Below, in pieces: positions 52,146 to 64,000 of a stretch of 64,000 bases of DNA (positions within the stretch are counted from its first letter, which is position 1; every line of letters begins with the position of its first letter). The translations under genes and the position numbers were made by a program. Location: positions 75,392,001-75,456,000 of the forward strand of contig NC_079167.1 of NCBI RefSeq assembly GCF_947568905.1. The letters are read 5' to 3'. The notes beneath the pieces are model-generated. The model was given only the letters and a program-made list of their open reading frames with translations. It was not told where the DNA came from and ran no database searches. The DNA is from Ostrea edulis (taxonomy: Eukaryota).

Positions 52146-53086
52146 TAACATACCCGCCCTCAGTCATCAAGCAGAATTGTCCCTCGCAAGCTCGGAAAGT
52201 TTTACCATGCAATGATCTGATATTTCCCAATATTCAGTCAGTAACATACTAGTACTAGTATTATCACAGTCTTTAATTTTAATATTCTAGTGTGTTCTCA
52301 GAAAATTATCTAAAATCATTGATCTGACATTTGTCATATGACATGTCTTGGCTGTTTGCCAACATGATGATGTCAATAGATTAAAAAGAATTAATTAATA
52401 ACAGTAATAAGTAAATTTTTCATGGAAATTTTCAAAGGAAAACAATAAAAAGTACATGTTCATTAGATTCAATGTATGCTTTACATTTTAATCAATTTCA
52501 GTGGCTAAATTTAGTACCAAGTTGTATTTTCTCAAAGAGTTACTGAAAGAAACATAATTAAAGCAATTTTATTTTAAGACCTCAAATAATTAGGTTTTGT
52601 TGTAGTTATATAGTCCAACGTTGCAACATTTCAAAGAATGAGTGATTTAAAGAGGTCACTGAGCTGTGAAATTGGCAGACTATTTAATGATCTTACTTTT
52701 ATGCAGAAAAGTCAGACTATTTGTTTTACTATTTGGTATGAAGAAAGCATGAAATATTAAATGATTTTTGAAGTGCTTTGAATGTTTGGGGCAAAATTAT
52801 TCCTTTGAATAAACTGAGTGTTGATTCTTTAGTGTTTTCAATTGACAACAGAAGGGTATATTGATTTGAATTTATTTTACATGTACTGACATTTTTGAAC
52901 ACACTGAAAGATTTGTCCAAGTATCATAAATTGAACGACTGATTAATTATGGATCTGTTCATTTTCAGATTCATTATGGAGGAACCAATGACACTTCAAA
53001 GGGAATACAAAAGTAGACTGGTTGGTTGAATTATGTAATGGAATCAGGATAGTTTGAACATTAAGAATGAATGTGCCAAATGTAAA

Positions 53087-54444
53087 ATGAAATTTCATTC
53101 TGTGCATGGAAAATTTATAACTCTTTCGGAGAGTAAAACAGTTGGCACGAGATCTGACACAGCCTACTGTCATGGAATAGTGTTCAGTGACCAACCTCTG
53201 AAGGTCACCCAAAAGGTGTCATTTGAGGTCAAAACTACAGATGCTTGGAGTGGGGGAATCAGAATTGGGGTGACTTCTTTTGACCCTGGAAAGCTGTCAA
53301 GTTCAGACCTACCCAAGTATGCCATTCCAAGTTTGTCCAAGAGAGAGGGATTTTGGATGTGTCCAATAAGTGAAGGAATAATCTCGTCAGGCAGCCGGGT
53401 CACTGTGTACATAAACAACAGGGGTCAGCTGCAGTTTTTTGTCAACAGTCTCTACAAAGGAGCGTGTCTCAGAGGACTTCCTATCGGAAAGCCTCTATGG
53501 CTGTGCCTTGATCTTTACGGAAACACCAAAAGTGCCAAGTTCATTAAAGCAGGTAAATGGGTTGTAGTGTGGAGTTTATTTCTGTCTGAGCGTTAGGTTT
53601 GCTGGAGAGATATTGATTGAGATGTTAATTACCTGACTTGATGCACAAATCAATGTCAGTTTAATGATACCAAGTTTTACTAACAGTTTCAATAATTCAG
53701 TGTTTCTCACTCATTCATATAATACTGTCCATTCTTTATTTTACTCGAGTACTTAATATCGCGAAATGACTCCAAGATGCCAAACTGCAAGAACACGAAT
53801 TTGTAAGTGGTCTGTTGGTCAAGAGCTTTTACATGTATTTCAGCAATATGAAATTAAAAGGGAGGAATTTTTTTTGGCGAGTGATTTGAGGTCGAGGGGG
53901 TACTCAGAACTCTTGGCCGCTGGTTGCATAGCAAGTATACATAGTAATCCCCAAAAGCTTAGATATTGTGTATAGATTTGAATTAAGATTTTATTTAGCT
54001 TGTAAAACACCTTAGCTGTTAACACCCCCCCCCCAAAAAAAACCCCAAAAAATCACCTGAGTAGGGGAGAATATTGATATTCAAATTTAAGAAAGAACTG
54101 TATGTTCACTTATTTTAGCAGGATTCATATTATAGTATTTTTTGTGGTGAAGCGAGAGTGTTGATTTATATACACAGAAGCTATTACGTCAAGATGATTC
54201 AAATTGCACAAACTCATTTATGTAACAAATCTTAAGTATGGTACACATTTAATAGATACACTTAGTCACTTACTATATGCTGCAAATGGATCAGATATTT
54301 TACTCAAGCACATATGACCCGGACTTTATTAATAATTATGTGACAAAACAACCATATTTCTGGTTTATCATTTTTGATTTTTTTTAGCTCACCTGAGCTG
54401 ATAGCTCAAGTGATGAACTATTCTGATTACCCATTGTCCCGTCA

Positions 54445-54478
<34 letters not shown>

Positions 54479-57400
54479 TACTTCTTCTCCAGAACCACTG
54501 ATCCAATTTCAACCAGACTTAGTAAAAAACATCCTTGGGTGAAATGGATTCAAGTTTGTTCAAATGAAGGGCAACACCCTCCTCCAAGGGGAGATAATAA
54601 TGAAAATGTATAGTATGGTGGGGTTATTTTAAAATCTTCTCAAGAATCACTTAGCCAGGAAAGTTGAAATTTACATGAAAGCTTCCTGACATAGTGCAAA
54701 TTAAATTTTTCCTGAACTATTCAGGTGTCCGGGTAACGCAGAGGTAGCACAGAGGTAGCACTCTCGCTTCTCACCACTGCGACCCGAGTTCAATCCCCGT
54801 GATGGCAGTGGTTGTATGTGAGAGGGTATGGCGGTTGCCCACATGGGTTTCCTCCGGGTACTACGGTTTCCTCCCACATAAAAGACCCCCTAGCGCAAAC
54901 ATCCATGCATCAAAGGACCCCATTGGAAATAAGCTTTTGAGCTTTCATGGGTTATCCTTGGTATTTGTATGTATGTGTATACCAAATAAACATTTATTTA
55001 TTCAAGGTAGGGCTTTCATATTTTGTATATATAGATTCTTTATGGCAAGACCTTATTGACATATTCAATATCTCCTGAACTATTCTAGGTGTATCTTTCA
55101 TATTTTGTATAGATTTCTTATGGCAAAACCTTTTATTTTATACTATGACCTTTGACTTTGAAAATTGACCCACTTTTAAGGAAATGTAACCTGTTAGACA
55201 TCTTCAGAACTATTGAGGATGGGGCCTTTATATTTTCAGGCTTTCAAGCGGGCCCTTATTTTCCTTATTTTTCTACAACAGCCCTTATTTTCCTTATTTG
55301 AGCTTTAGAATCTTAAAAAAGCCCTAATTTTTTGTTGAAATTCCTACATTTCCAAATTTTGAAAGTTTAAATAAATTTGACATAAAGTAAGTGTTGGAAT
55401 TTATTAAATTTTGTCTTAGTATACTTTCAGAAAATGAATATGTTGATTAAATGTACATCTCAGAAGACATCTTGTTGGTTATCAGTTATATTCGGCATTG
55501 ATTGTAAGCCATGGGAGTCCACCTGAATTATATCATGGTTTGTGCTGAATGCCGAATATGGCTGTTGATGACCACTGGTATGACCTTCTGAGTGGATAAT
55601 TAGTTTTTGTATTATTGCCCCCTGCAAATGGTGAGTAAAACATTTTTTCTTTCCTATTGATTTGTAAATTTAACCCTTATTTTTGTCTAAAAAGCCCTTA
55701 AAAATCCTATAAAAGGACAAGATTTTTGATAATTTTGCCCTAAAAATGGCCCTTATTTTTTGCAAAGTGTCACTTGAAAGCCTGTATTTTGTATATAGTT
55801 TTTTTATGACGAGACCTTGTTATAGTCATATTTAATTTTGTAACCTTGACCTATTTTCTTTAAAAACCTTACCAAATCAACATCTCTTGAACTATTTAAG
55901 GTGAAGCTTTTTCATTTTGTATATAGATTTTTTGGGGCATGACCTTGATGTACTTCAGTGTTTGACCTTGTGACCTTGACCTTAAAGTTTGACCTACTTT
56001 CACTAAAAATCCTACCTATTATGCAATATCTCCTGAACTATTTAAGTTGGAACTTTCATATTCTGCATGTAGATTTCTGAAGTCAAGGCCTTCATATCAT
56101 ACCATAATCTATTACCTTGTGACCTTGATCTTATCCAGATTGCAGCAAGATCATGTTAGTCATATTGGTGTTGAGGCATCTCTGTGTTATATGAATTCAA
56201 TTTCAATTAGGCCAAGTAAAATTAATTAGTAGATTATGATTCCCGCCCGCCCCTCGAAAATCGCCCCACCCCGTTTTTTTTTATTTTTCAAAATTACGAT
56301 TTCCGGATATTTTTATGTCCGGTCTGGTATCGTAAACGTACTTTGTTTCACTTTGCCTTTTAGAAACCCAAATACACATGTAATTATGATTTATAAAGCC
56401 TTTTCTCAATGAGAGAAGGCATTTTCGAGGTCAAGAATACCATGGCGAAAAATAAAAAATAAAATCCTCCCACCCGCCCCATTTTTTTGTGAAGTTTGAA
56501 TGATAATCTACTAATTAATTTTACTTGGCCTTATGTTGTGATTCTTTAGGACTAGGTTGGGGCCGCAATATAGGGTAAAAAAAATTCATGGGAATCACAA
56601 AAGCTGAACAATGGCAGGGTCAAAGTGACTCAGATGAGCGATGTGGCCCATGGGTCTCTTGTCAGGATGTGGTGTTCTACAGTAATTTCAACAAATTTCT
56701 TTTTCATTTTGCTGAAACAAGAGTTATCCCTGCTTGAAAATTTAAAAAAAAAAACACTAGTTAACTCTGACCCTGTTCTCTTCCCTCCTCAACAGCAACC
56801 CCCTCTCCCTCATTCATAAAAACAGTTCATTTTTACTTGAAATGGTCCTCACAAATGCACAGGGGGGGGGGGGGGGGGGGGGGGGAAGAAGGCCTTATAT
56901 CAAAACTTTTCCTGCAGTTGATTTTTATCACAAAAAAGTGAATTTCAACCCTGATTTTGCCTAATGTAGAATAACTATTCAAAAACATTTGTTCCCAACA
57001 TTAGAAAATTACATTGTGATTGAAAAGTTTTGCAAACATTCATACAAGATAAACATTTCATTTTACATCCTTCTGGAACAGAAACCACTGTTCGGGTAGT
57101 GCAGAGGTAGTGCTCTCGCTTCTCACTGCTACGACCCGAGTTTGATCCCCGTGATCAGCAGTGGTTGTATGTGAGAGGGTATGGCGGGCGCCCATTTGGA
57201 CACGTGGGTTTCTTCCGGGTACTCCGGTTTCCCCCCTAGCACAAACATCCATGTATCAAAGGACTCCATTGGAAATAAGCTTTCAAGCTTTTATGGCTTA
57301 TCTTTGGTATTTATGTATGTTTGTATGTATGTATATACCGAATATTAAACATTTTTTTATTTTATAGAAATTGCCATTATGAGGTTTTGATGCGAGACTT

Positions 57401-59154
57401 TTTGCTTTGGTATTCACTTTGTGTTTACATTTATCCATTTCTGTACCAAATACGTACATAAATCAAAATACTGAACACATGTATATATATAAATACCATT
57501 TGGTGATCATGTATCAAATCCGTTACCATGGTTATGGAAGAATTCCAGATACATGACTACAAGGTCTGTAGATATTACATAGAGTCATAAAACAAAACAG
57601 TGAATTCAGTTCTCATATTCTGTTTAAAAATGGAATTAGATGGGAATAAAAACAAAATTTGTCTCATGTTATTAGGAGCTGATTTAAAAATTTAAAACTG
57701 ACATCAGAAGTGTTTGATAACGCACTTTCCCTGTTTGTATTTTGTGTGTGTATTCTAATCTCTGCAATACATTCAAGTACATGTACATTTTTATAGGTGG
57801 AATAAATTTGTGTGCTCTCACTTGTCTATCAAGTTCAATATAGTGTTTCAAGAAGGAAAAGTAAGGTGTATCGAATGGCACATGCTTGTATATACCTACA
57901 TCTCAACCTTGTACACAATGCCAGTCACTTACACGCCATAAAACAAGGATTACTATGGATATTTATAAAGAGATTGATTTGCATTTCATGACCAGATGAA
58001 AACTGGGTGTAATCTAACTGCAAATTGTGTTTCATACATGTCATGCACAATAAAGGTTTATTTCCAGTCAAAGCACTGAAAGGAGCTCAAGCGGTACAAT
58101 GTAAATTTTAGATTTCAACTGATCCTTTCAATCGCTCATTGAACCAAACAACCTTGTTGCAGCACAGTCGTAATGGAAAATCTTGGATGGTGATGTAAAT
58201 TGCTAATTGATATTGGACAAAATGTTGGCTACAGAAGAAAAAACCAAAGATGCGAAGTTAAAAAAAAATCTATGTTCGGATTCAAATTAGTATTCAGCAT
58301 GCAATAATAACAAGTCACGTTCAAGGTGTTCATTATAGATATACCTGTATGTGGAATTGAAGGTGTAAAATAGGTGAGGAAATATCAAAGTTATCTGTGT
58401 GGGATATCAACAGGAGAACAGAAATATAGCCCTATTGGAAGGGCTGTGGATTATCCAATATTAATGACATAGTTGTGAACTTGCTTATCTCGCGCAGACC
58501 GTATTAGGTCGGGGTGCTAAATCTAATTGGGACCATGGTAGTTTTCCTTGGATGATGAGTATGTATAAATTTTGTCTCTTTAATGGTGAAACTATGAAAC
58601 ATTTGTAGGAGAGCATTTATGTAACCATGTTAAATTTGTTAACTAAAGAGCTTACGTTATAGATTGTTTTCTCACCTGAACTAAAAACTCGAGTCACGAT
58701 TCATGAAATTTACTGAAAGGTATTCTGTCTAGCTGAACTTCATTTATTCTGAAATGCAAATCAAAAGGTACTTATGATATCTGCATTTGAGAATTTACCT
58801 TTGGAACAATTTTATTTGTTGCTTGTCAATAGTTTCAGAATCTAATTTGTTGCGTTCAAGCAGTTAGAGGTAATGTTTGCTACAAAAAGTAATTAGGGAA
58901 TTTGCAGAAAATGGAAACCAGTACATAGGAGTCCCTTGATATTGTTGATAGGGAGATGTATATCTTGATTAACAGGAAGGTTGTAAGATAGTTCAACATC
59001 AATAATAAAATTTGAAATTGGAATTACAACAGACATTTCTTTTTATGGTTTTCCACTGTTCATGTATGTATTTCAGCAATGTTTGGTCATTTTTGCTTCT
59101 CTCTCTCTCACTGCTCTTTCTCTCTCTCTTGCTGCTCTCTTTCTCTCTCTTGCT

Positions 59155-59213
<59 letters not shown>

Positions 59214-60105
59214 AACACACATTTATTATTTAAAAACTATTCGATACATTTTTTTTTTAGATTTTACTTTGACAGTTAACTTGTACCTAGGCCATCTTTA
59301 TACAAAGGTTGAATTTTTGCAGCATAATAAACAGAGATTTTATGTGAAATCAATAACAGAAGTGATAGCAGAAATTTGCCCTCGGAAATATAAATATTTT
59401 GTCTAAGAGGCCGTCATTAATAAACCGTGGTATCTCCAAAGTGGATCATATGCACTTCTTACTAGGATTTCATAGGTAGACTCGGGACAGAAATACATGA
59501 GATAAAACAAATCAATAGTATAAATGAATTAGGGCTGGAGTTGGTGATTTGTCAGTGTATGGTCTCATCTTGTGACGTAGTGTTTCGGAAAGGGTGCACA
59601 CGATAGGAGATTAAAGAGTTATACCACCACAAACTGCAATTTAGGATATGAAAGACTATGCTGTTTAACTCGTTTAACTGTAAGAAATTATTATCTTTAA
59701 AAATATGTATAAGAAATGGAATGTATAGGTAATAAAAGCAGGTTTCCGATGACTATGTTTATGTTGTGTTTGGTTGTATTTATTTTTGTTGAAGTCTAGT
59801 GGTTGTTTGTTATCTCTGTGGTTAAATTTATATCTCATGTGTCTCATCAAATGAAATATTAACTGTGAAGAGAATTACAAGCACAATGAATAATTAATGA
59901 CAAGGAAGATAAATGTGAGAGTGTGAATTGGCTTTGTTTCAGATGAGGCTCCTAAGGAGATTCTGGCTCGTGGACCAGAAGCAGTGCATGCTTACGAGGA
60001 GGCGTGCATATCTGGTAAACAACCAGTATACAGAACCAGATTAATGCTGGTGGGCCAGGATCGGGTGGGCAAAACCAGTCTGAAGAGGGCCTTAACCAGA
60101 CAAAA
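53087..60105 (+). CDS. NHR (Neuralized homology repeat) plus Roc GTPase (ROCO-like) protein, 3'-incomplete; coding exons 53087-53552 and 59943-60105
   Basis: Exon A: KFHSVHGKFITLS...AYCHGIVFSDQPL...WSGGIRIGVT...PLWLCLDLYG (NHR hallmarks). Exon B: APKEILARGPEAVHAY...RTRLMLVGQDRVGKTSLKRAL (pre-Roc helix plus P-loop GxxxxGKTS). Donor GCAG|gtaaat (phase 1) and acceptor gtttcag|AT join in frame. Confidence 0.75.
54727..55000 (+). mobile_element. tRNA-derived SINE with V-domain-like core
   Basis: tRNA head, core ggtttcctccgggtactacggtttcctcccac (V-SINE-like), AATAAA tail; second copy at 57091-57358. Confidence 0.75.
55237..55784. mobile_element. MITE with perfect 12-bp TIR caggctttcaag and 6-bp TSD tatttt
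   Basis: TIRs and flanking direct repeats; internal gcccttatttt repeats. Confidence 0.8.
56209..56531. mobile_element. MITE with perfect 29-bp TIR aggccaagtaaaattaattagtagattat
   Basis: TIRs match exactly; flanks TTAA-like but imperfect. Confidence 0.8.
57091..57358 (+). mobile_element. Second V-like SINE copy
   Basis: Aligns by eye to 54727-55000. Confidence 0.75.
59099..59210. repeat. (CT)n microsatellite
   Basis: Interrupted then pure CT run. Confidence 0.95.
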
Positions 60106-60157
60106 GTATGTATAACAGGAAATCCAAATAGATATGTCGAGGAAAACTTAAAAAGGG

Positions 60158-60297
60158 TGTTGACAGGGGATTCTTGCTCCTCCTAGATACCTGATCCCAC
60201 CTATGGTATATCCAGGGGTCCGTGTTTGCCCAACTATCTATTCTGTATTGCTTATAGGAGTTCTGAGATTGATCACTGTTCGTTATCTTCACCTTAC
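60158..60297 (-). mobile_element. Partial copy of the 23951 repeat family
   Basis: Reverse complement matches 23955-23990 plus 24154-24262. Confidence 0.75.
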
Positions 60298-62049
60298 ATG
60301 TTTTTATATTACGGAGAGCAAGATAGATGGTGCTTTAGTGTCTACATGCATGGTAGCATCAACTGAGCTTTTTGTATTCAAGGTAAAATCAGAGAAATAA
60401 AAATCTAATTTTACATTGAAAATTTAGAACTGTTTGTACACTACTTACATTTTATGAGACTTTATTTTTAAATCTGTGATTTTGCCGTGACAGATTCTTC
60501 AGCAAGACATTAAATTAAAGGGAGTGGTCATTTCTTAACTATGTATATGTATGTATTCTTTTTGATGAAAACCGTATTTTTGCATGAAGGCACCCTTGTG
60601 AATTCTTGTAAATAAGAAATAATTTACAGTGATGTCCCTTAACTTTGGTATAGACTTATTGTCTTGAAGGAAATGTCTAATCACTGTAATACTTCCTGTG
60701 CTGAAGGTAAATAATGAGAGAGAGTACACGTCATTATGATGGTAATGAAATTCCACTTGAGGGTGGATAGGTTGCTTTGTTTACCTTGCTCTTGTCATCG
60801 ATGATTCGTTTTGCAGTATTTATTCGGGCACTTGGGAAGTAGGGGGGAGAAGGTCTTGAATACAACTTGTAGAATAGTCCGAAATATCTGACGTTTTCCT
60901 GGCTTTTTTATGATTTTGATATTTACCATTTCCTGGCACGGTAAATTTCAATATCATAAATCATAAAAAAGGCCAGGAAAACATCAGATATTTCAGACTA
61001 CTTGTAGAATTGAGTTTATTGATATAGATTCTTGAGTCAGATAAATAGATAAATGTTTAAATAGTATAATGAACTATGCTAAAAATTGACATTTCAAAAA
61101 GTCAGAAGAGTAAAATACAATTTTGTCTATTCTCATGACCATTTTCAACAGCTTAACGTACATGATAGGTCAGCCTGACAGATCATTCCACTAGTGTGTC
61201 ACATGTTGGGTGGTGATGTAAATGGGGCCGGGAGCCAGCTTTAGGAGTGTAATCTGCTCGGCCTTTGACAGTATGTTATGCCCTTATTGGCTGTTAGAAT
61301 GGTTGAAAACCACATAGATTTATGGGAATCTATGTTTGATGAGTGGTTTTCGATTTAATTTTCTTCATTCTATTGGGTTGTACGTAGGTTAAGTTGACTT
61401 CATTCCTGTAGCTAATGCTATTTAACAATTTGTTGGAGCAATATTGTTACAACAATGTCTTCGAAATGTGTGAATTGTGAAGTCATGTGTGGCAACATGT
61501 CACACACTAGTAAACCATATGATAAAAAAAATTGCATACTGAGTATCAGAGATTTTACATTTTATTTTCAAACCAGAGCAAAAATGTCTTGGGTGTCAGT
61601 CTTTTAAAGTCGTCAGTGGAATGAATTGTTATACATTCATTTACAGTCTGTTGTGTTTGTGAATGGGGTAATTTATAAGAAAAACACATCGAGCAATGCG
61701 TGAAAAATTTTTCATGGACCCTCTGTATTTCCTTATCACGTATTACCCGTTATCGCTGGCCAAAAAGCGTATTTTGAAAAATGGATATTTGGACATTGTG
61801 TTTTGATATGCATTGCCTTTAATTGTATATAAAAATAACATGTCCATTTGAATGACAAGGTTTTAAAAATCTTCAATGCTTAGCAATGAATTGAATTTTC
61901 ACCATCTTAGCAAGAAAGAGTTACTATTCTTGTATATTTGAGAGTTCCTTTACTTACAATACTCATGTAATTAATGTAAAAATATCTCGTAAAGAATATT
62001 TGAAAATTTTATAACATGATTAAAATAATTTCATCAATAATCATGCTTC

Positions 62050-62362
62050 ATTTTAAAAACAATACATGAACAAGACATATACACGGCATTTCAAAACCTT
62101 GTCCAATATCAGTATTAGTGCACGTACTGCATGGCTGTTTCCTGGTAGGTGAGCCGTCATTAACTGGACCAGGGTCAACAAGAATTTCAGCCTTTGCAGC
62201 CAAAATATCACCTTTGTCCTCCTTTTTATGGACTCTTCCCATAAGACGGTAAAATGATTGGCAATTTCCTGTTGTGTAGAATTTGGATGGTTTCTGTGGT
62301 ACATAATAATTTTGCTTATTTTCTTCAAAGTTGAACAGAAACCTGTTTCGAGGCAAAGCCAT
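62050..62362 (-). mobile_element. Frameshifted pogo/Tigger-type transposase N-terminal (CENP-B-like HTH) remnant
   Basis: Joining two frames gives MALPRNRF...SKIIMYHRNHPNSTQQEIANHFTVLWEESIKRRT/GDILAAK, resembling the first HTH of Tigger/pogo proteins; no catalytic domain or TIRs seen. Confidence 0.55.
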
Positions 62363-63064
62363 AGCTAAACTGCAATATTTTTCTATGATGTAAAACGCAA
62401 GACTACAGTTCATATCAAGTAATTTTCTTGTTATGTAATACAGCAATTATTGGGATCCTGTCTGCCCAGGTGTACTCTGGAAGTCGATAATGACCAATTT
62501 ACCACTTCACTGACCATGTACACCAGTGTCGGTTTATCAAGATAATTAACAATTTGAAATAGACTTTTGTAATTAAACGTGGTGGCAAATGGCAATTGCA
62601 AATTTGGCATTTTAATGAGAATTTTAAGTAATAGGAAAAACGTTCTTAGAAAAATTTGACATTATAACGATAATGGCAATGATGAATTGAGTGGCTGTAA
62701 TTTGGGAGTTAACTATACCTCTTAATTAAAATATTGAAAGCAAAATGTAATGCATATTAAAAAAAACCCACAGCAGTTTACCCAGTCAGAAAGAAAAGGC
62801 ATACCATATCATTGTGAAGAGTCAAATTCGTGATAATTTATATGTATAAATGACATCATATTATTAATATAAACGATATGATACACTATATAGTGTCAGG
62901 GATGAAATGAATTTGATCATGTAACATGATGGGTAACTAATAGTGTGAATACCTCTAGAACATGATACTGCATTAAAAATAAAGCAATTAATATTCATGT
63001 CACTAGATGTGTGATATTGATATCAATGACGCCCTGCATAGATAAGGCTTAAAAGCTATTATAC

Positions 63065-64000
63065 TGTCAGTAGTAAGGAATCTGCCACGTGGCAGTGTGT
63101 GTCAGTAGTAAGGAATCTGTCACGTGGCAGTGTGTGTCAGTAGTAAGGAATCTGTCAGGTGGCAGTGTGTGTCAGTAGTAAGGAATCTGTCACGTGGCAG
63201 TGTGTGTCAGTAGTAAGGAATCTGTCACGTGGCAGTGTGTCAGTAGTAAGGAATCTGTCACGTGGCAGTGTGTCAGTAGTAAGGAATCTGTCACGTGGCA
63301 GTGTGTCAGTAGTAAGGAATCTGTCACGTGGCAGTGTGTGTCAGTAGTAAGGAATCTGTCACGTGGCAGTGTGTCAGTAGTAAGGAATCTGTCATGTGGC
63401 AGTGTGTCAGTCGTAAGGAATCTGTCACGTGGCAGTGTGTGTCAGTAGTAAGGAATCTGTCACGTGGCAGTGTGTCAGTAGTAAGGAATCTGTCACATGG
63501 CAGTGTGTGTCAGTAGTAAGGAATCTGTCACGTGGCAGTGTGTCAGTAGTAAGGAATCTGTCACGTGGCAGTGTGTGTCAGTAGTAAGGAATCTGTCACG
63601 TGGCAGTGTGTGTCAGTAGTAAGGAATCTGTCACGTGTCAGTGTGTGTCAGTAGTAAGGAATCTGTCACAGGGCAGTGTGTCAGTAGTAAGGAATCTGTC
63701 ACGTGGCAGTGTGTGTCAGTAGTAAGGAATCTGTCACGTGGCAGTGTGTGTCAGTAGTAAGGAATCTGTCACGTAGTAAGGAATCTGTCACGTGGCAGTG
63801 TGTGTCAGTAGTAAGGAATCTGTCACATGGCAGTGTGTGTCAGTAGTAAGGAATCTGTCACGTGGCAGTGTGTGTCAGTAGTAAGGAATCTGTCACGTGG
63901 CAGTGTGTGTCAGTAGTAAGGAATCTGTCACGTGGCAGTGTGTGTCAGTAGTAAGGAATCTGTCACGTGGCAGTGTGTGTCAGTAGTAAGGAATCTGTCA
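63065..64000. repeat. 33/35-bp minisatellite, about 27 copies, running off the window end
   Basis: Unit gtcagtagtaaggaatctgtcacgtggcagtgt(gt). Confidence 0.95.

Larger units (their letters stand above)
54379..56662 (+). mobile_element. HINE/Helentron-type element carrying nested insertions
   Basis: 5' ttttagctcacctgagctgatagctcaagtg plus gtct microsatellite; 3' cagatgagcgatgtggcccatgggtctcttgt. Confidence 0.65.

Noticed and set aside
53021-53047. 27-nt GT-AG micro-intron that would remove both in-frame stops before the NHR
   Set aside because: Far shorter than the other introns here (75 nt or more) and the donor is poor.

Overview
Eukaryotic, AT-rich, intron-containing genomic DNA; the repeat landscape (HINE/Helentron-type elements, tRNA-derived SINEs, MITEs) points to an oyster/bivalve (inference). 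Six protein-coding genes can be built by hand from GT-AG exons with consistent phases: a 5'-incomplete SLC10 (bile acid:Na+ symporter family) gene (+), COA7 (+), CFAP57/WDR65 (-, 19 coding exons), GADD45GIP1/CRIF1 (+), ALKBH7 (-), and a 3'-incomplete gene joining a Neuralized homology repeat (NHR) to the start of a Roc (ROCO) GTPase domain (+). The rest is minisatellites and nested transposon remnants; there is no CRISPR array. The most notable items are the NHR-Roc fusion with a stop-interrupted upstream frame, an SLC10 whose canonical Na+ ligands are substituted, an 18-copy array amplified from a HINE 3' terminus, a candidate unannotated spliced gene divergent from COA7, and a recursive-splice-type exon in CFAP57. 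Homology calls come from recalled family motifs, not database searches.
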